Of a stretch of 64,000 nucleotides of DNA, positions 13,606-26,832 are shown piece by piece. The translations under genes and the position numbers were made by a program. The notes under the pieces are model-generated. The model was not told where the DNA came from, made no database searches, and saw only the letters and a program-made list of their open reading frames with translations. Positions within the stretch are counted from its first letter, which is position 1; each line of letters starts with the position of its first letter. Origin of the DNA: Podarcis pityusensis. Taxonomy: Eukaryota. The stretch lies in assembly GCA_964106645.2 (NCBI GenBank), contig OZ067048.1. The stretch is one strand, 5' to 3'.

Positions 13606-14263
13606 CTCCAGCCCATCTAGCTGTAAAACAATTCTAAGTTCCCTAACATATGAGATCAATAAAATTCAGTGTTGCCAATTAAGAGCAGTAGGACAGTCCT
13701 TGTAGTCTTCATCTTGAGCAAGGCAGATAGCAGGTAGCAAGAAAGGAGGAGAACTTTACAACCAGTAATGGGATCAGAAGCTGGACCTTTCCACTAAATT
13801 CTCTACTAACTTTACTGCCCATGTTGGTGGGCCCACATAAGACGTAGACTATGAATTGCTATAATTTAGCTGAAATGGGAAGAAAGTGAGCAACTGTCAG
13901 CAGAAGTCTGGTACACTCCAGCACTGGTCTGCAAAAATATGTTATGCTGTCACCTTTGTTTTAGCTTCATTCCCTCCACACCGCTATTCTAATCAAGATC
14001 TCAATTGGTCTTACCTAAAGCAGCAAAAATGTGCACATAGGCCCAAGCAGCTTATACAGAAGAGGCACAGTTCACAGAGACAACTACATCAGGCCACCGC
14101 AGTTGCCGATGATGTTTAAATATAACAAAGACAAAGGTCAACAAAATAAGCACAAAGTACATAATATACAAATGTGTGCCACCCTTTTTAACACCTGAAA
14201 AACGTAAAGCATTACAAATTACTGGAAAGAAAAAGAGCAACAGCCAGGAAAAGTAGTACTGTA

Positions 14264-14594
14264 CAGTGGTGCCCCGCAAGACGAATGCCTCGCAAGACGA
14301 AAAACTCGCTAGACGAAAGGGTTTTGCGTTTTTTGAGTCGTTCCGCAAGACGAATTTCCCTGTGGGCTTGCTTCGCAAGACGAAACGTCTTGCGAGTTCT
14401 TGCGAGTTTGTTTCCTTTTTGTTAAAGCTGCTAAGCCACTAAGCCGTTAATAGCCGCTAAGCCACTAAGCCGTTAATAGCCGCTAAGCCGTTAATAGCCG
14501 CTAAGCCGCTAATAGCCGTGCTTCGCAAGACGAAAAAACCGCAAGACGAAGAGACTCGCGGAATGGATTAATTTCGTCTTGCGAGGCACCACTG
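14264..14594. mobile_element. Tc1/mariner MITE with internal minisatellite
   Basis: TIRs CAGTGGTGCCCCGCAAGACGAA...TTCGTCTTGCGAGGCACCACTG, TA TSD, GCAAGACGAA subterminal repeats, (GCCGCTAA/GCCGTTAATA)n core. Confidence 0.9.
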
Positions 14595-15707
14595 TATCTA
14601 TTTCCTTCCTTGCTTGCTTCTTCCTGATAATGCCCTTTTTACTCAATCACTCATTCTTCACTATAACTTTGGTCACATTGATTAGACAATGTAGCATTAA
14701 ATATTAAACTTACAACCTGCAACTGCAGGGCTTCTGATTGGATAATCATGTACAATCAAACCATTTGCTATCTTGGTGAATGCTGGGAAGTTACAAGGCT
14801 TGATCTCTTGGGAAGCAGGTCACTTGACCATTAAAACCAGGATATGCTGAGAGGTTTGCCTACCTCCCAGCTCTCAAAATAGGTTTATTTGAAGATTGCC
14901 CTTCCTGCTGCTCTAAAACAGGAAGAATTACAGCTTTGTTTGCTGCTTCCTGGAGATTGTTCTCTTTCTTCTTTTCCCTGAAAGTTTAAAATGAGAAATG
15001 CAAACATCTATGGCCGAGCCATTGGGCAGGAGGGACACTGCAGCAGAATGATTTGTAGTGGTGTACAATCTGAACTGTTCTGAAGTTATTCACAAAATGA
15101 GTTCCCCTTCCCCGTAAACACCTATTGAGTATGTCCAAAGCACAGTTATTATTTTTTGTAAAAGAATTCAGGTGACATAGGGCCAACCCCCCCAACTATT
15201 ATTTGGAAAATGAGAGCACTGTAGAATAAGGAATGACATCAAAGAGCATTCACTCCAACCCCTGTAAATTCGTGAAAGCCATGACTACAGCATCCCTGAC
15301 TACAGCTGCTCCTCCGGTTCATGCAATCTTTCCCCTTCTTTCACAGTCTAAGATAATCATAAATGCCCAATCAAGATGTCAAAACAAACTGTGTTTGCTA
15401 CTCACCATAGTTTAGTTTAATCCAAACCAACCAAGGAACTTCCAAGTGTGGTTTCAGTCCCTGGTTTGTAGGCAGCTATGCCCAATTCAGACACGATATC
15501 ACCATATCATAGCAAACTATGGCTATCCCAAACCATGGAAGAGTGGGGGAAGACAACCATGGAGACACTCTGAAACATCCAGCCATTGAATGAGAATTGG
15601 TTCCATGATGTCTGCACTGAGTCACCTAAGATTATTCAGTTCTTGAACACATTACTTACCATTAACTTATGCTTTAAATTAATTTCAAGTACATTATTTC
15701 ACTATAC

Positions 15708-16074
15708 TAGGGGCGTCCAACTCCCAAGAGACTGCAATCTACTCACAGAAAAAAAATTTTTGGGGTGGTTCAGGTGAAAGTTGCTAAGCTTTTTTTAGGG
15801 AGGGAAGTTCCGTTTGGGGGGGGGAGGTTCTGGCAAAAGGAAAGGGGAAAGGGGATTAGTCGCTCATCAAAAGAACACTATGAAAACCATCTGCCTCACA
15901 GCGAAAACTTCGTCTTCTGTTCCAGCGATCATGCAAAAATGGAGGGTGGAGCGAGGGGGTGGAGCCAGATGCTCTTAGGCAAAAGCAAAGGAAAATAAGC
16001 TCGATCAACAATGATCGACTGGAGCCTCCTGGGAAACGACCAGTCGATCCCGATCAACCTGTTGGACATCCCTG
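15708..16074. mobile_element. hAT MITE
   Basis: TAGGGGCGTCCAAC...GTTGGACATCCCTG, TSD CACTATAC. Confidence 0.85.
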
Positions 16075-18561
16075 CACTATACGATCCATTGCTATTACAT
16101 ACGCAAAGTAAAAAAGATTTTGACACCTATAAAATAGGCAGATACATCATTCTCTTTCTTCATTAGAATGTAGGTACTGCATATTCTTTCTTACCAATTC
16201 AATATTGGTTTGAGTAAATCTAACTAAATGGGATGAATAAACCAGCCCTTTCAATCACAGTTAATTTTCTCTTGATATGAGTAATATAGCAAGAGGGATG
16301 AGAATCGTATGTGTATGGCAATCACCAGCAGCACAAGATTGTAACTATCTGGAAGAAACTAAAGCAGAGGCAAAACACTAGAATCATAATTCTTCTATGA
16401 TAATAACTGTTTTACATTTACAAAAAGAAACTCGGTGTTCCTGTTTCTGGCTTGGTGACTAGATCTGCTGGCATCAACATGACAAAATACCTATCACGGT
16501 ACAAACAAACAAGTTTGGACTCCCGGAGCTCTAGAGGGCTTAGCATATGAAGAGGCTGAAAATCCCTGCTGAAGAAACAATGCTGTAAAAAAAAAGTGCA
16601 TGAAGTGACTCAAGATCTAAAAAGAATGTTCTGTCCTAATAAAAAACAAACATAGATAACTGCTTTATAAAAAATTAAAACACAAATGTCAAAAATCCTT
16701 TGAGTGCATGGCTTTTTATAAGCAATTTTATAATGCAAACCATAAGATAAGCACATTCCACAAACTTTTAAATGGAGTAATTTAAGTGCTTATATGCCGT
16801 ATGATTGAGCTGGTGTAATTTTTCAGTTTGTTTCAATTACAGAATTACATTGTGTTGACAAATATGGCTAAACCCAAGTGCTTTCAATGAAACCAAAATT
16901 ACCATTAAACAATTCTATTCAATTGACAGAAGCCTGGAGTTCATTTCAGTTACCCTAAAACCAGAGGCTCTGCCCCTGATGATAATGGGATTTGGACCAG
17001 GCCTGATATACACTGGAAACATACATAACTGCTGCACATAGATGTATATCCTGGGAGAGTTTTGCTTCCATGTTAACATTCCTGAAGTTTTATATACCAT
17101 GAAACTAGTATGTTAAAACCATGAAGAACCATACTGAAGAACCATGCAATGTTTGCACTAATGTTATCTCATTACAGTTTTGAAGCACTTGAGGTCTTCA
17201 GATTTCATAATACACATAAGAAAACACTAGGTTACAGTAATGTAGTCAATGAATTGACACGCTTAGTAAGTGCTCCTTATCATGCATTGAGAAGCCACTG
17301 TAGCTGGAAGATGTGTGGATTATGCTTTGAACATTTATGGTGTGCGTGAGAAAGTTCCTACAAATTCAGTTTGCATTGGATTATTTATATCTGCATCCTG
17401 TTTAGAGAATGAGTCCAGTCCTGTTTAAGCCATTTTTGTATATTCTTTACTAGAGTTATTTCTTACTGATGGAGGCCTCCAGTCAGCACTTGCTTCCTGT
17501 CATTCACACCCCACAAAGCGGATTTCCACCCCAAGCAAGAAACAGATTGTCTTTTGAATGCATAAACTTTTAAAACAAATGTCTGCTCCTTTTATACAAC
17601 TTTAGTGGTTAGAATAAAAGCAGACATTGAAGCATTAATAACCATAGGTTCCTCATAGTTTTCATACACAAGAAATCATTTTAGACCCAAACTACATATG
17701 ACAGCAGCAGGCCCCCATTTTTACACAATTCTAAAGGATAAGAACCCATCTTGGCAACCCCCACAGACACACCTTCAAGGAAAGTCTAACCATACCCAAA
17801 AAGAATCCAAACACAGATGGCTATGTTGGCCCATGATTTTATTTTATTTATAAATTCTTACTTGCCTTTCACCTGAAGTTCCTAGAAAGGATTAAAACAA
17901 CATCAAAATCCAGTATTATACATACGGCAGGTGTTTATAGCACCACACCCGGAGCTTAAACAGACTTCAGCCCGCTGAAAGCAAACTTTTAGCTTTTAAT
18001 TAGAAATGCAAACAGTGTTACCATACTAAACATGAAGTAGAGATTCCATCAAAGAAAATGAAAGAAGAACCTAGCCTGCCCTTGATTATTTTAGTCAGTC
18101 TCTTACATCCCCTATGCTTATCAGAGACAAACTTAAAATAAAACCTTGTTATCACCTCATTCACTTACCAAAGCAATGGCAATTCATCCATTACTATGAC
18201 TACTGAGCAACAGCAAAATGAAGAGCCACTGCATTTCTCCTTGTCACTTAATGCTGCAGTTGCTACTGCCAGGCAGAAGGAGAAAAAGAAAGAGCTCTTT
18301 AGCTGAGTATGCTAAGTTGAGACCAGATGAAGGTCACTGAAGCAGAAGTTTCATTCATTGAAGAACGTGCCTTTAAAACACCCAGGAGCTTCTGCTAAGA
18401 TTTTGTGGGAACACAAGAGTTCAACCACTGTTCTTCATGATCAAGTTGACAATCAGTTGCACTTAGACCCAAAGACCTATTTACAAATTCTTGTCCATCC
18501 ATATGTTCCTCAGATAACTTTTAGAAAAGGTTTTTCCTCAGCCTCAAACAAGAGTCTAAAA

Positions 18562-18900
18562 CAGGGGCTGGGAACAAATGTGGTCCCCCAGACCTCTTTA
18601 TCTGGCTAACTCTACCAAGCAAAAAAAAAAACCCTCCCCAGGCCACAACCCTCACTGGCCCTGCTTCACACCCTCCTCAATGTTTTTATCTAGCTGGAAT
18701 ATGTCCTCTGGCAACACTTCCTGCTTGCCTGGATGGAGGGCAGAGAGAGCTGTGCAAGAGAGTTATAAAAGCTAACCTACTGTTAAAAGGTAACATTTAT
18801 TTTACATTTTAAAGTGGGTGCACATTTGCCTTTGGTGTGTGGTCCTCAGAGAGTTGCCCAGAAGTGTGGCCTTCAGGCCTAAGGAAGTTCCGCACTCCTG
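18562..18900. mobile_element. hAT MITE
   Basis: CAGGGGCTGGGAAC...GTTCCGCACTCCTG, TSD GTCTAAAA. Confidence 0.8.
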
Positions 18901-20164
18901 GTCTAAAATGAATCTGCAATGTTACCTTGCCTCCAGCATATATACACAATGCTGTGAATGAGGAAGTGGATTATTATCTGGCAAGGACAGGCAAAATGAT
19001 TGTTATTGAGCATACACATCAGTTACACAGAAACAGGATTTTATCAAGTTTCTCACTGTATCCATTGGGATTTACTACCTCTCACAGGTCATTTTAATGC
19101 ATTGGTTAAACCACAGGAATTTGGGGTGCAGGAGAAAATCCTATTATCGCCAGCCAAATCATTGTACGCCAAGGCTAACTACGACCAAACAGATGGATGG
19201 TGGAATGCAATATGAAAGTGGGGGGGGGGGTGATTTTCCTCTGTTATTATGCATTTGGGGTTTTTTTTCCTGCTTGTGTCCATCACACAATAGGAAAGGG
19301 AGGAGTGCACAGGATATAGCCTAAAAGCTATGATAAATTGTAATTTTATTTTCCTTTTCCCCCCGCAATGGGAAGCAATGGAAAATAGCAAAATGCAGAC
19401 TTTTCCATACTGTATGAGTTCACTCCAAAAGCATTTCATTATATTGGCTTTAAAAGATTGACACTACATTTAGAACTATTCTGTTTATAGTGGTAGCTTT
19501 TTCAGTGCCTTTATTGATTTTATACTGCTTTCTATGGCTTTTAAGCTGACTTTTGCTAATTTTGTGCTAGTGCCACTTTTATATTAGTCTGTTTGATTAC
19601 ATAAATATGTATATATTGTTATAAGCTAAGTGCTTATAATGAGTGAATAATTTCACCAACGAAGTACCCTTTCATAATAAAAATTCAAGTTACTTATAAT
19701 AGAAGGCCAGTCTTTGTGTTCATCACAGTGTGTGACAGTACACAGAAACAGTGGTTGTGGGGAAATAAATCTACAAGGTTGGTTACAGTAGATTGTCACT
19801 GTTCTCAGAATCTAGAAGGAAAGCATTATAATTCTATCACTGACCAGAGGCTGCGAGCTGCAGGTGGACAGTGCTGTGGCACTCATGCCCCACTTGCAGG
19901 CATCTCACAACCATGTGGTTGGCCATCCTGTGAGAACAGGATGCTAAAGTAGATGCCACCCCTGTGATGGCCACTTGCCAGTGGCTGGCATGGCTAGTGT
20001 GCATAGGCACACTATACATATACAAGGCGTACACACATACCACACTCACGAGACATGCAAGCATATAGCACTTTCTTGTTCTCCCTCCCACAGTCGTAAC
20101 CTCATACATATACACAACAATTCCAGCTCTACCTCAGGTGGGAGTGCCTGGATATAGAAATGAG

Positions 20165-20397
20165 CAAACCAGTGATATTTTAGGGAGCAGGCTAGCAGGC
20201 GGGGCCCATTACTTACATCATAGGAGCCTACACAACATAAAACACTGTGCTGTATGTAAGTTTTATCGTATTTGTTTTTTATCTTATATTTTGGAAATGT
20301 ACATCCGGGTTTTTTCCCTTTAATTTTTTGGGGGGGCGGGCAAGAGAGTGGGGCCCTAAGCTACAGCTTCTTTAGCTTATACATAAATCCGGAACTG
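20165..20397. mobile_element. Truncated DNA-transposon (hAT-like) right end
   Basis: Ends GGGGCCCTAAGCTACAGCTT...TAAATCCGGAACTG; no matching left TIR seen. Confidence 0.4.
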
Positions 20398-21545
20398 CCC
20401 ATACTTAATAGCAAGCTGAAAATAAATAGTTCTGCTTTCCTGCAATAATATACTGGGTTTTTTAAAATCTTGGCTATAACGTATTTCTGGTGAATATCTG
20501 TTTGCTCATGTATTTTTTTCTTCAATGTGCAAAGTCTATAAGGTGCCACTGTAGCCCCTTTCAGTAAAAAAAAATAAATAAAAAATTCTCTCCTCTGCAT
20601 TTTCCATGAACAGTACTAAACAGGATTTAAAAATGTATTTCTTCATTTCCAATGCACATTTTAAAATAAAAACCAAAAAGAGTTAAATAAAACCAGGCCA
20701 TATCCCATGTTTGCAACAGGGGGGAGGGGAGTTAATATAATTTTTGGACAGAGTACCAATACTAAAATGACAGTCATTGGCTTAATAGTGCATATTATAT
20801 ATTTATAGTCCCTTCCTTCCAATGCTAGATGTCAGCTGTTTAATCAGCACAAACACCACCCTCCGCCAAGACAAAGGGCTGCACATATTCACACTTTCAC
20901 CTAAGCATCCATTAGTTCTTTGCTCATATGTTCCCTCATCACTTTCCCCATGACAGTTACTGGGCCAGCCTTTGGCAGAGAACACACACAGGTGGCTTGC
21001 TCTGCCCTTATGGCTTTAAAACTCCCTGCTGTAATCCTGTCAATTCTTAGATGACAAACACAGCCCAATTAGATTAGCATTTAGCAGGGAGACTTCCAAA
21101 GAAGTTTGAAAGCTGCAGCAAAATGAACTGACAAGTCAATAAAGAGGACAGGATATGGCATTCCTCTGCCAAACTGCCATAGAACCAGACAGATTCTGGA
21201 GTGCAATTAAGGACCCACAACTGTTCTTTAAGTCAATAGCTGCAGTATCTTTTTCAAATTATTTCTAAAGTTTTCCAAATTAGATAAGCCTGCAACAGCA
21301 GCTCACATCCAAAATGTCCAGTTGTGTTGGAAGCTGACCTTCTTAGGCCTACAGTTCAAGGAAGGAGGAGAATCTACATTGAAAATTATTATACAAAGGT
21401 ACAATGTCTCAATTTGAGATGCAGCAATATCTAGAGTAATCCTTTAATGTGCCTGTGCCTACACAATTGCTGGACATCTGCCCAATCTAGGATTACACTC
21501 TTCCTCCTCAGAATATGAGTCTGCACCGTTTATGACGCATTACTT

Positions 21546-22127
21546 CTGTTGGGAGCTGCCCAGAGTGGCTGGGGAAACCCAGCCAGATGGGCGGGGTATA
21601 AATAATAATTATTATTATTATAAATAATAAATTAGCCCAATGCGGCCTAGGACCCATGTACCTACAGGACTGCCTCTCCTGGTATGCCCCGCATAGGACC
21701 TTAAGGTCCACAAATGACAACACTTTGGAGGTCCAAGTCGCAAGGTGGTTAGATTGGTCTCAACTAGGGCCAGCGCCTTTTCAGTACTGGCCCCGACCTG
21801 GTGGAACGCTCTGTCACAAGAGACTAGGGCCCTGCGGGATTTGACATCTTTCCGCAGGGCTTGCAAGACAGAGCTGTTCCACCTGGCCTTTGGTTTGGAC
21901 TCAGTCTGACCCTTATGTTTCCCTCCCCTTATGGTTTTGATCTATGGGCTACTATTAAAATGAAGCAGCATTTTAAATTGTATTTTAACCCATATGTTAA
22001 ATTGGTTCTCCCCCCCCCCCCATTATGTTTTTATTGTAATTTTACTGGTGTTAGCCGCCCTGAGCCCAGTTCTGGCCAGGGAGGGCAGGGTATAAATAAA
22101 AATTTATTATTATTTATTATTATTATA
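21546..22127 (+). mobile_element. Two adjacent L2 LINE 3' fragments
   Basis: Tail GAGCTGCCCAGAGTGGCTGGGG...GGGCGGGGTATAAATAAT, then residual ORF2 YLQDCLSWYAPHRTLRS, 3'UTR and (TTA)n tail. Confidence 0.75.
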
Positions 22128-22354
22128 AGCTGCCTCCTTCCTGTAATGTTCCTTTATTATATATGTGCACTGTGGTCATAAGCACTAAATACTGCCAAGG
22201 TAAACTGATCACAAGGAGTATGTGGACATTGCTTCCAAACTACATTTGTGCATACCATCATGTGTAGGCAACATCCACATCCACAATTGGGACAAGTGCT
22301 CCTGGTGAAGGCAATGTACAGCAGTGTCTCAAAGCTGACTGCTTATGTGTGACG

Positions 22355-22406
22355 GGTCCCAAACTAAATGGATAAATGGTTCCCAAACTAAATGGATAAA
22401 TGGTTC
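22355..22406. repeat. 24-bp tandem duplication
   Basis: TCCCAAACTAAATGGATAAATGGT occurs twice in tandem. Confidence 0.9.
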
Positions 22407-24611
22407 CTTCCTACAGCAGTGCTTCACCTTCCAGGAGGCTGGCAATGTTGGCATAGAAAGCAATTGTATGATATACCCATGCCATTGGGTCTCCCCATTT
22501 TAAATGCATGAACTCTCATGTGAAAGCAACAACCATGCTGCAGAGTAATATAAGAATCAGTATTCAGTTGTCTGTCTATAGTTGGTGAGCCAGTTGATAT
22601 TGAATACACAGAAGACAGAGATGCTTATGATGATTGGAGAAGTAGATATTTCTATCCTGGATGAAGACACACTGCCCCAAAGCAACAAGTTCACAGCTTG
22701 GAGGTATTTCTGAAATCCAGAAATACAGATGCTGATGGTGGTGGCAGATAGTAGATGATGCTTGATTCTGATAGAAAGTGCTATGCCAAAATGTACCCCA
22801 TCCAGAAAATAAGGACATTGGTACTGTTTTAAATGCCCGATTTCACTACGGTAAGGCACTTTACATAGACCGGCTCTGGAAGACAGTCCAAAACTGCAGT
22901 TGCTTTAGACTGAGGTGGTACAGCTTTTATCCAGTGCTAATACAATTCAATAATATTACAAGAGCTCTACTGGTAACCGCTTAGCTTTCCAGGATCGATT
23001 CATAGTGCTGCTTTTCACCTTTAAAATACCAGGACTCTATAAAACCTTAGGGACACTATTTCCATTCCAGCGCTTTCAGTTCAGTTAACAATGCCCTATT
23101 GCAGGTGTAGTCATCAGAAGCAAGGGTGCTTGCTACAATCAGTGCAACCCTATTTGGTCCCCTCAACAGATAATTCCCCCCACCCCATCAAACACATGCA
23201 AGATCTATTCAATCAGTGCTTTTGGCAGAGCCATAAATATTGTGATGTGTTTGGACATGTCTTGGGTTATAACTGGGGCAGCACTTGTTTGCCTTTTGCT
23301 CAATGCTCGTAGGGTGTGATATAACTGCTATGATTTATAGATAGGTTCTATTATAGTTGTGTAATTTATGTTCCTAGCTTTAAAGTCAAAATGTTGTGAA
23401 TTGCCTTGGAAGTATTTGTATCCTCAAAAAGGGAATATACATGAGTAATGATGGAATAACAACAACAACAACAACTTAAGGAACTTGTGTAAATGTATAA
23501 AGCCAAACACTTCACCACATGAAGCCAACTTCTACAGGACACAATTTAAGCACAATACACGGGCTGGAAATACAGAGTAGCTACAACAGAGGATCTAAGG
23601 CACAAATACTAGAATTCACTTTGCAAGACTCGTGCATACATTGCATCAAAAGATGGCATATTGCTTACCGTGTAAATGCCAACTCTACAAACAGCATATG
23701 AAAGCTGGATACATCCAGACATTCTCTAAAGAAATTGAAATACAATATTACCAAGTATTATTAGTGCTGGGGGAAGGGAAGAAATGAGAAATAAAAGTGT
23801 GCTTTTTTTCTTCTGAAACACAGGTTTATGCCACATGTTTTTTCCCATCGTAAGTTTAATCTTGGGAGGCTGCAGGAATTTTTTAATAACGGTGCACAAA
23901 GGTTGGCCAGAATAACAGGCTCCAGTTCCTCCCACTGTACCACCATATTTTGAAAGAAGGTGTGTGTGCCTATTCTAGTTTAAAACTGTATTTATCATCA
24001 CAGGGTTTTGTGCCCATAAAAATATTTTAGCTTTCATGATTACATTTTGCAGTGAACCCCTGAGCACCTAAATACGAAAAAGTGACATAGAAATAAGTTG
24101 TCCACATTATTTTTTCATACAGCACTACTGAGGCAGGCTCATAAAAGCAGTTCATTCCAAGAAGTGTTATGTGAGTAGTTTGTCCCAAACAAAAAACATA
24201 TATATGTACACATGCAGACATCATATGCCATTAAGTTGCCTAGAAGGAGGAAAGGAATCTTAGATCAGAAGCTCAAACACAGACCTATACGGGGCTACTA
24301 TATTCCTTGCTTATATGGCCTCATCCCCCCCCCCCCAATTCCTGTTAGAGCTCTGCTTCAAGTGGTCATATGAATGAAACAATATATTTCAGAAAGACAT
24401 AAATGAGTTCTCTTTTTCATAACCTGGTTTGGCAACACCATGTATTTCTTAAAGATAGACCTGTTTTTAAGAAATGTCCCACTTTCAGGGACAGCAGAAA
24501 ACGTTGGTGTCTTAAAAATATAAAATTTTCTCCTTCACAGTTTGAAAGTTTTACATTGAGATTTTATGTATGAGTGCAGGCCAGATAGGTGGGCACAGCA
24601 CACAATACACT

Positions 24612-25157
24612 CAGCGGCGTAGCGTGGGTTATCAGCACCCGGGGCAAGGCAAGTAATTTGTGCCCCCTAACCCGGGGCAAGGCAAGTACAGTAATTTACT
24701 CTCCCAAGCAGCAGCAGCAGCGAGGCTTCTCTTTCCCCCGCGCTCTCCTGGAGCTGCCTCTTTTCTTTCCTTTTTTCCCTTTCTCCAAGGCTTTTCGCTT
24801 TCTCTCCTTAATTGATTCCTCCTCCACACCGCAGCGTTTCCTAGCTGCTTCCCCCCCCCTTCCCATCTCTCTCCTCCTCGCTCTGCTTGCCTTGCCCTGC
24901 ACCGGCAGCAGCAGGCGCAGCCAGACCCCCGCCAGCCAGCCCGCCCGCCCGCCCACCCGGCTTCCTCTCCTTTTTTTGCCCGCGGCAGAAGGCTTCGCTC
25001 TCCCCCTTCCGCGACCTCCTCGCCAAGCCAAGCGAGCGCGGGCTCCCTAACCCGTGGATTTTAGTAGGGGCAGAGAGCTGCTAGTGCGAGCGCGCCCCCC
25101 GCCCATGTTGCGCCCGGTGCGGCCGGCCCCCCTGGCACCCCCCACGCTACGCCACTG
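24612..25157. mobile_element. GC-rich hAT MITE
   Basis: TIRs CAGCGGCGTAGCGTGGG...CCCACGCTACGCCACTG, perfect TSD AATACACT. Confidence 0.9.
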
Positions 25158-26657
25158 AATACACTAAACCTACGCAGTGCATTGGTGATTCCATGATTTG
25201 TGCTACTAATTGCTTCCTTAGTAAATGTGAGAGATATCGCAGGCCACAAAAATGGTTCCTTTTTGGTCCTGATTGACTGGTTCATTTTTTATCCTGATCG
25301 ATCATGGAAGAACCGTATTTTGATCCATTTTGCCTAACTGACAGCTGACAAGGAGGAGGGGCAATATATATTGGTACACAAGAGCAGAGGATTACAGAAT
25401 GAATTTGTGCCTTTGAAGTTGCAGCCCTACTTAGATTGTTAGCTCTTCTGCAGCAGGGAGTTAACCTTCTCTTCTGTTCCTGTGCGCTGAAAGCATTCAA
25501 CAAATAGTATCTCTTTCAGTTGTATGCATACCAAAACAAGCTGTCTGTTAACTGTGACAACAATCTGGCTAGCTAAAAAACAATGGGTTGTATGCAACTA
25601 ATCTTTACTCAGAGTAAACCTACTGAAATTAATGACCCTTAGTCATGTTCATCCATTTCAGCTGGTCCATTCTGAATAAAACTTAGTTGAATACCACCCA
25701 CCTACAGTTATGCTCTGGGTTTGTTTTTTTTCTATAAGATATATGGTTTAGACGCAAAACTATAAAGCTGAACTTATACTGTACTTGCAAGACAGGAAAG
25801 TCCTATCTAGTACACTAGCTTACCTCCCTCTGTCTATATATTTCGATGTTAATTACTTTTTTGTTTTTTACATCATCTTTGATAGTGTGTAATTAAATAA
25901 GATATAATTAACAAACCAAAGTTACAAAATATAAGTTAAAATAAAACTTTTAGATTATATTGTGTACTGACAATGACTTTCCTGTCTTCCAAATATAATT
26001 AAAAGTTGATCTTTAAAGACTTGTATCTAGCATGCATCTGATTTTGGATGAAAAAAACCAGATTGTAACTGTATTAGGTTGTTCTAAGGCTACTATTAGC
26101 AATTGCTTTAGTTAGTTGGATTGTTTGCTGTCACAGAAAACAACTTGCTTTTGGTGTGCATATTTCTGTTAAACAAGCTTTTAAGAAAGAAAATGTAGCA
26201 AGTGTATGCAATACTGAGGTTTCTCCCAGCCCTCAATTTTCCAGTACAAGGAAATTTCAGCTAAATTTCAACATGACGAAGCTTAGTACAAGAAGTTTAG
26301 AGTCATTGTTTTAGTAGGGAAGCCAACACATACAACAAAGGTTATGTAACTTCAGTTTGAATTCTTATTCAGCACACAATTAATTTGCTTTTGACCTTTA
26401 GCGAATGCTACAATAATGCTTTTCAGCTGCAAACAAAACCAAGATAAATACAAAAGGAGTGTAACTTAAATATAAAACTTACTGTGTATCTGTACAACAC
26501 CCTTGTGAATAACAAGACTAGAAAATGTAATAAATATATTCAGCCATCACATACAAAAGGGAAAGGTTAAGTTTGTAATTAGTTTTACAAGAGGGCTGAA
26601 AGAACAAGTACAAGCAAGACTGTAGCTTCTCTATAGTAACTCCTTAACACAAACTGA

Positions 26658-26832
26658 GGTGGAATCTACACATATTTAAAAATGCTGTGAAAATGTTGTT
26701 GTTGTTTAAAAAAAGGTTTTGAAAAGTACATTGAATTTTGCATAGCTCACTGTCGCCATCTAGTGTCACATTTGTATATTGCACTTTGCAACTCATTTAA
26801 AACGTTTTATTTGGAGCTGTATAGCTGAGTCC
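26658..26832. mobile_element. PIF/Harbinger-like MITE containing a CTCF-like motif
   Basis: TGA on both sides, imperfect GG..CTACAC/GTATAG..CC ends, central CGCCATCTAGTG. Confidence 0.45.

Noticed and set aside
14420-14520. Short repeat array superficially like CRISPR
   Set aside because: No unique spacers, eukaryotic context, internal to a MITE.
24589-25084. Several 60-150 aa ORFs
   Set aside because: Inside a TSD-flanked hAT MITE; low-complexity translations.
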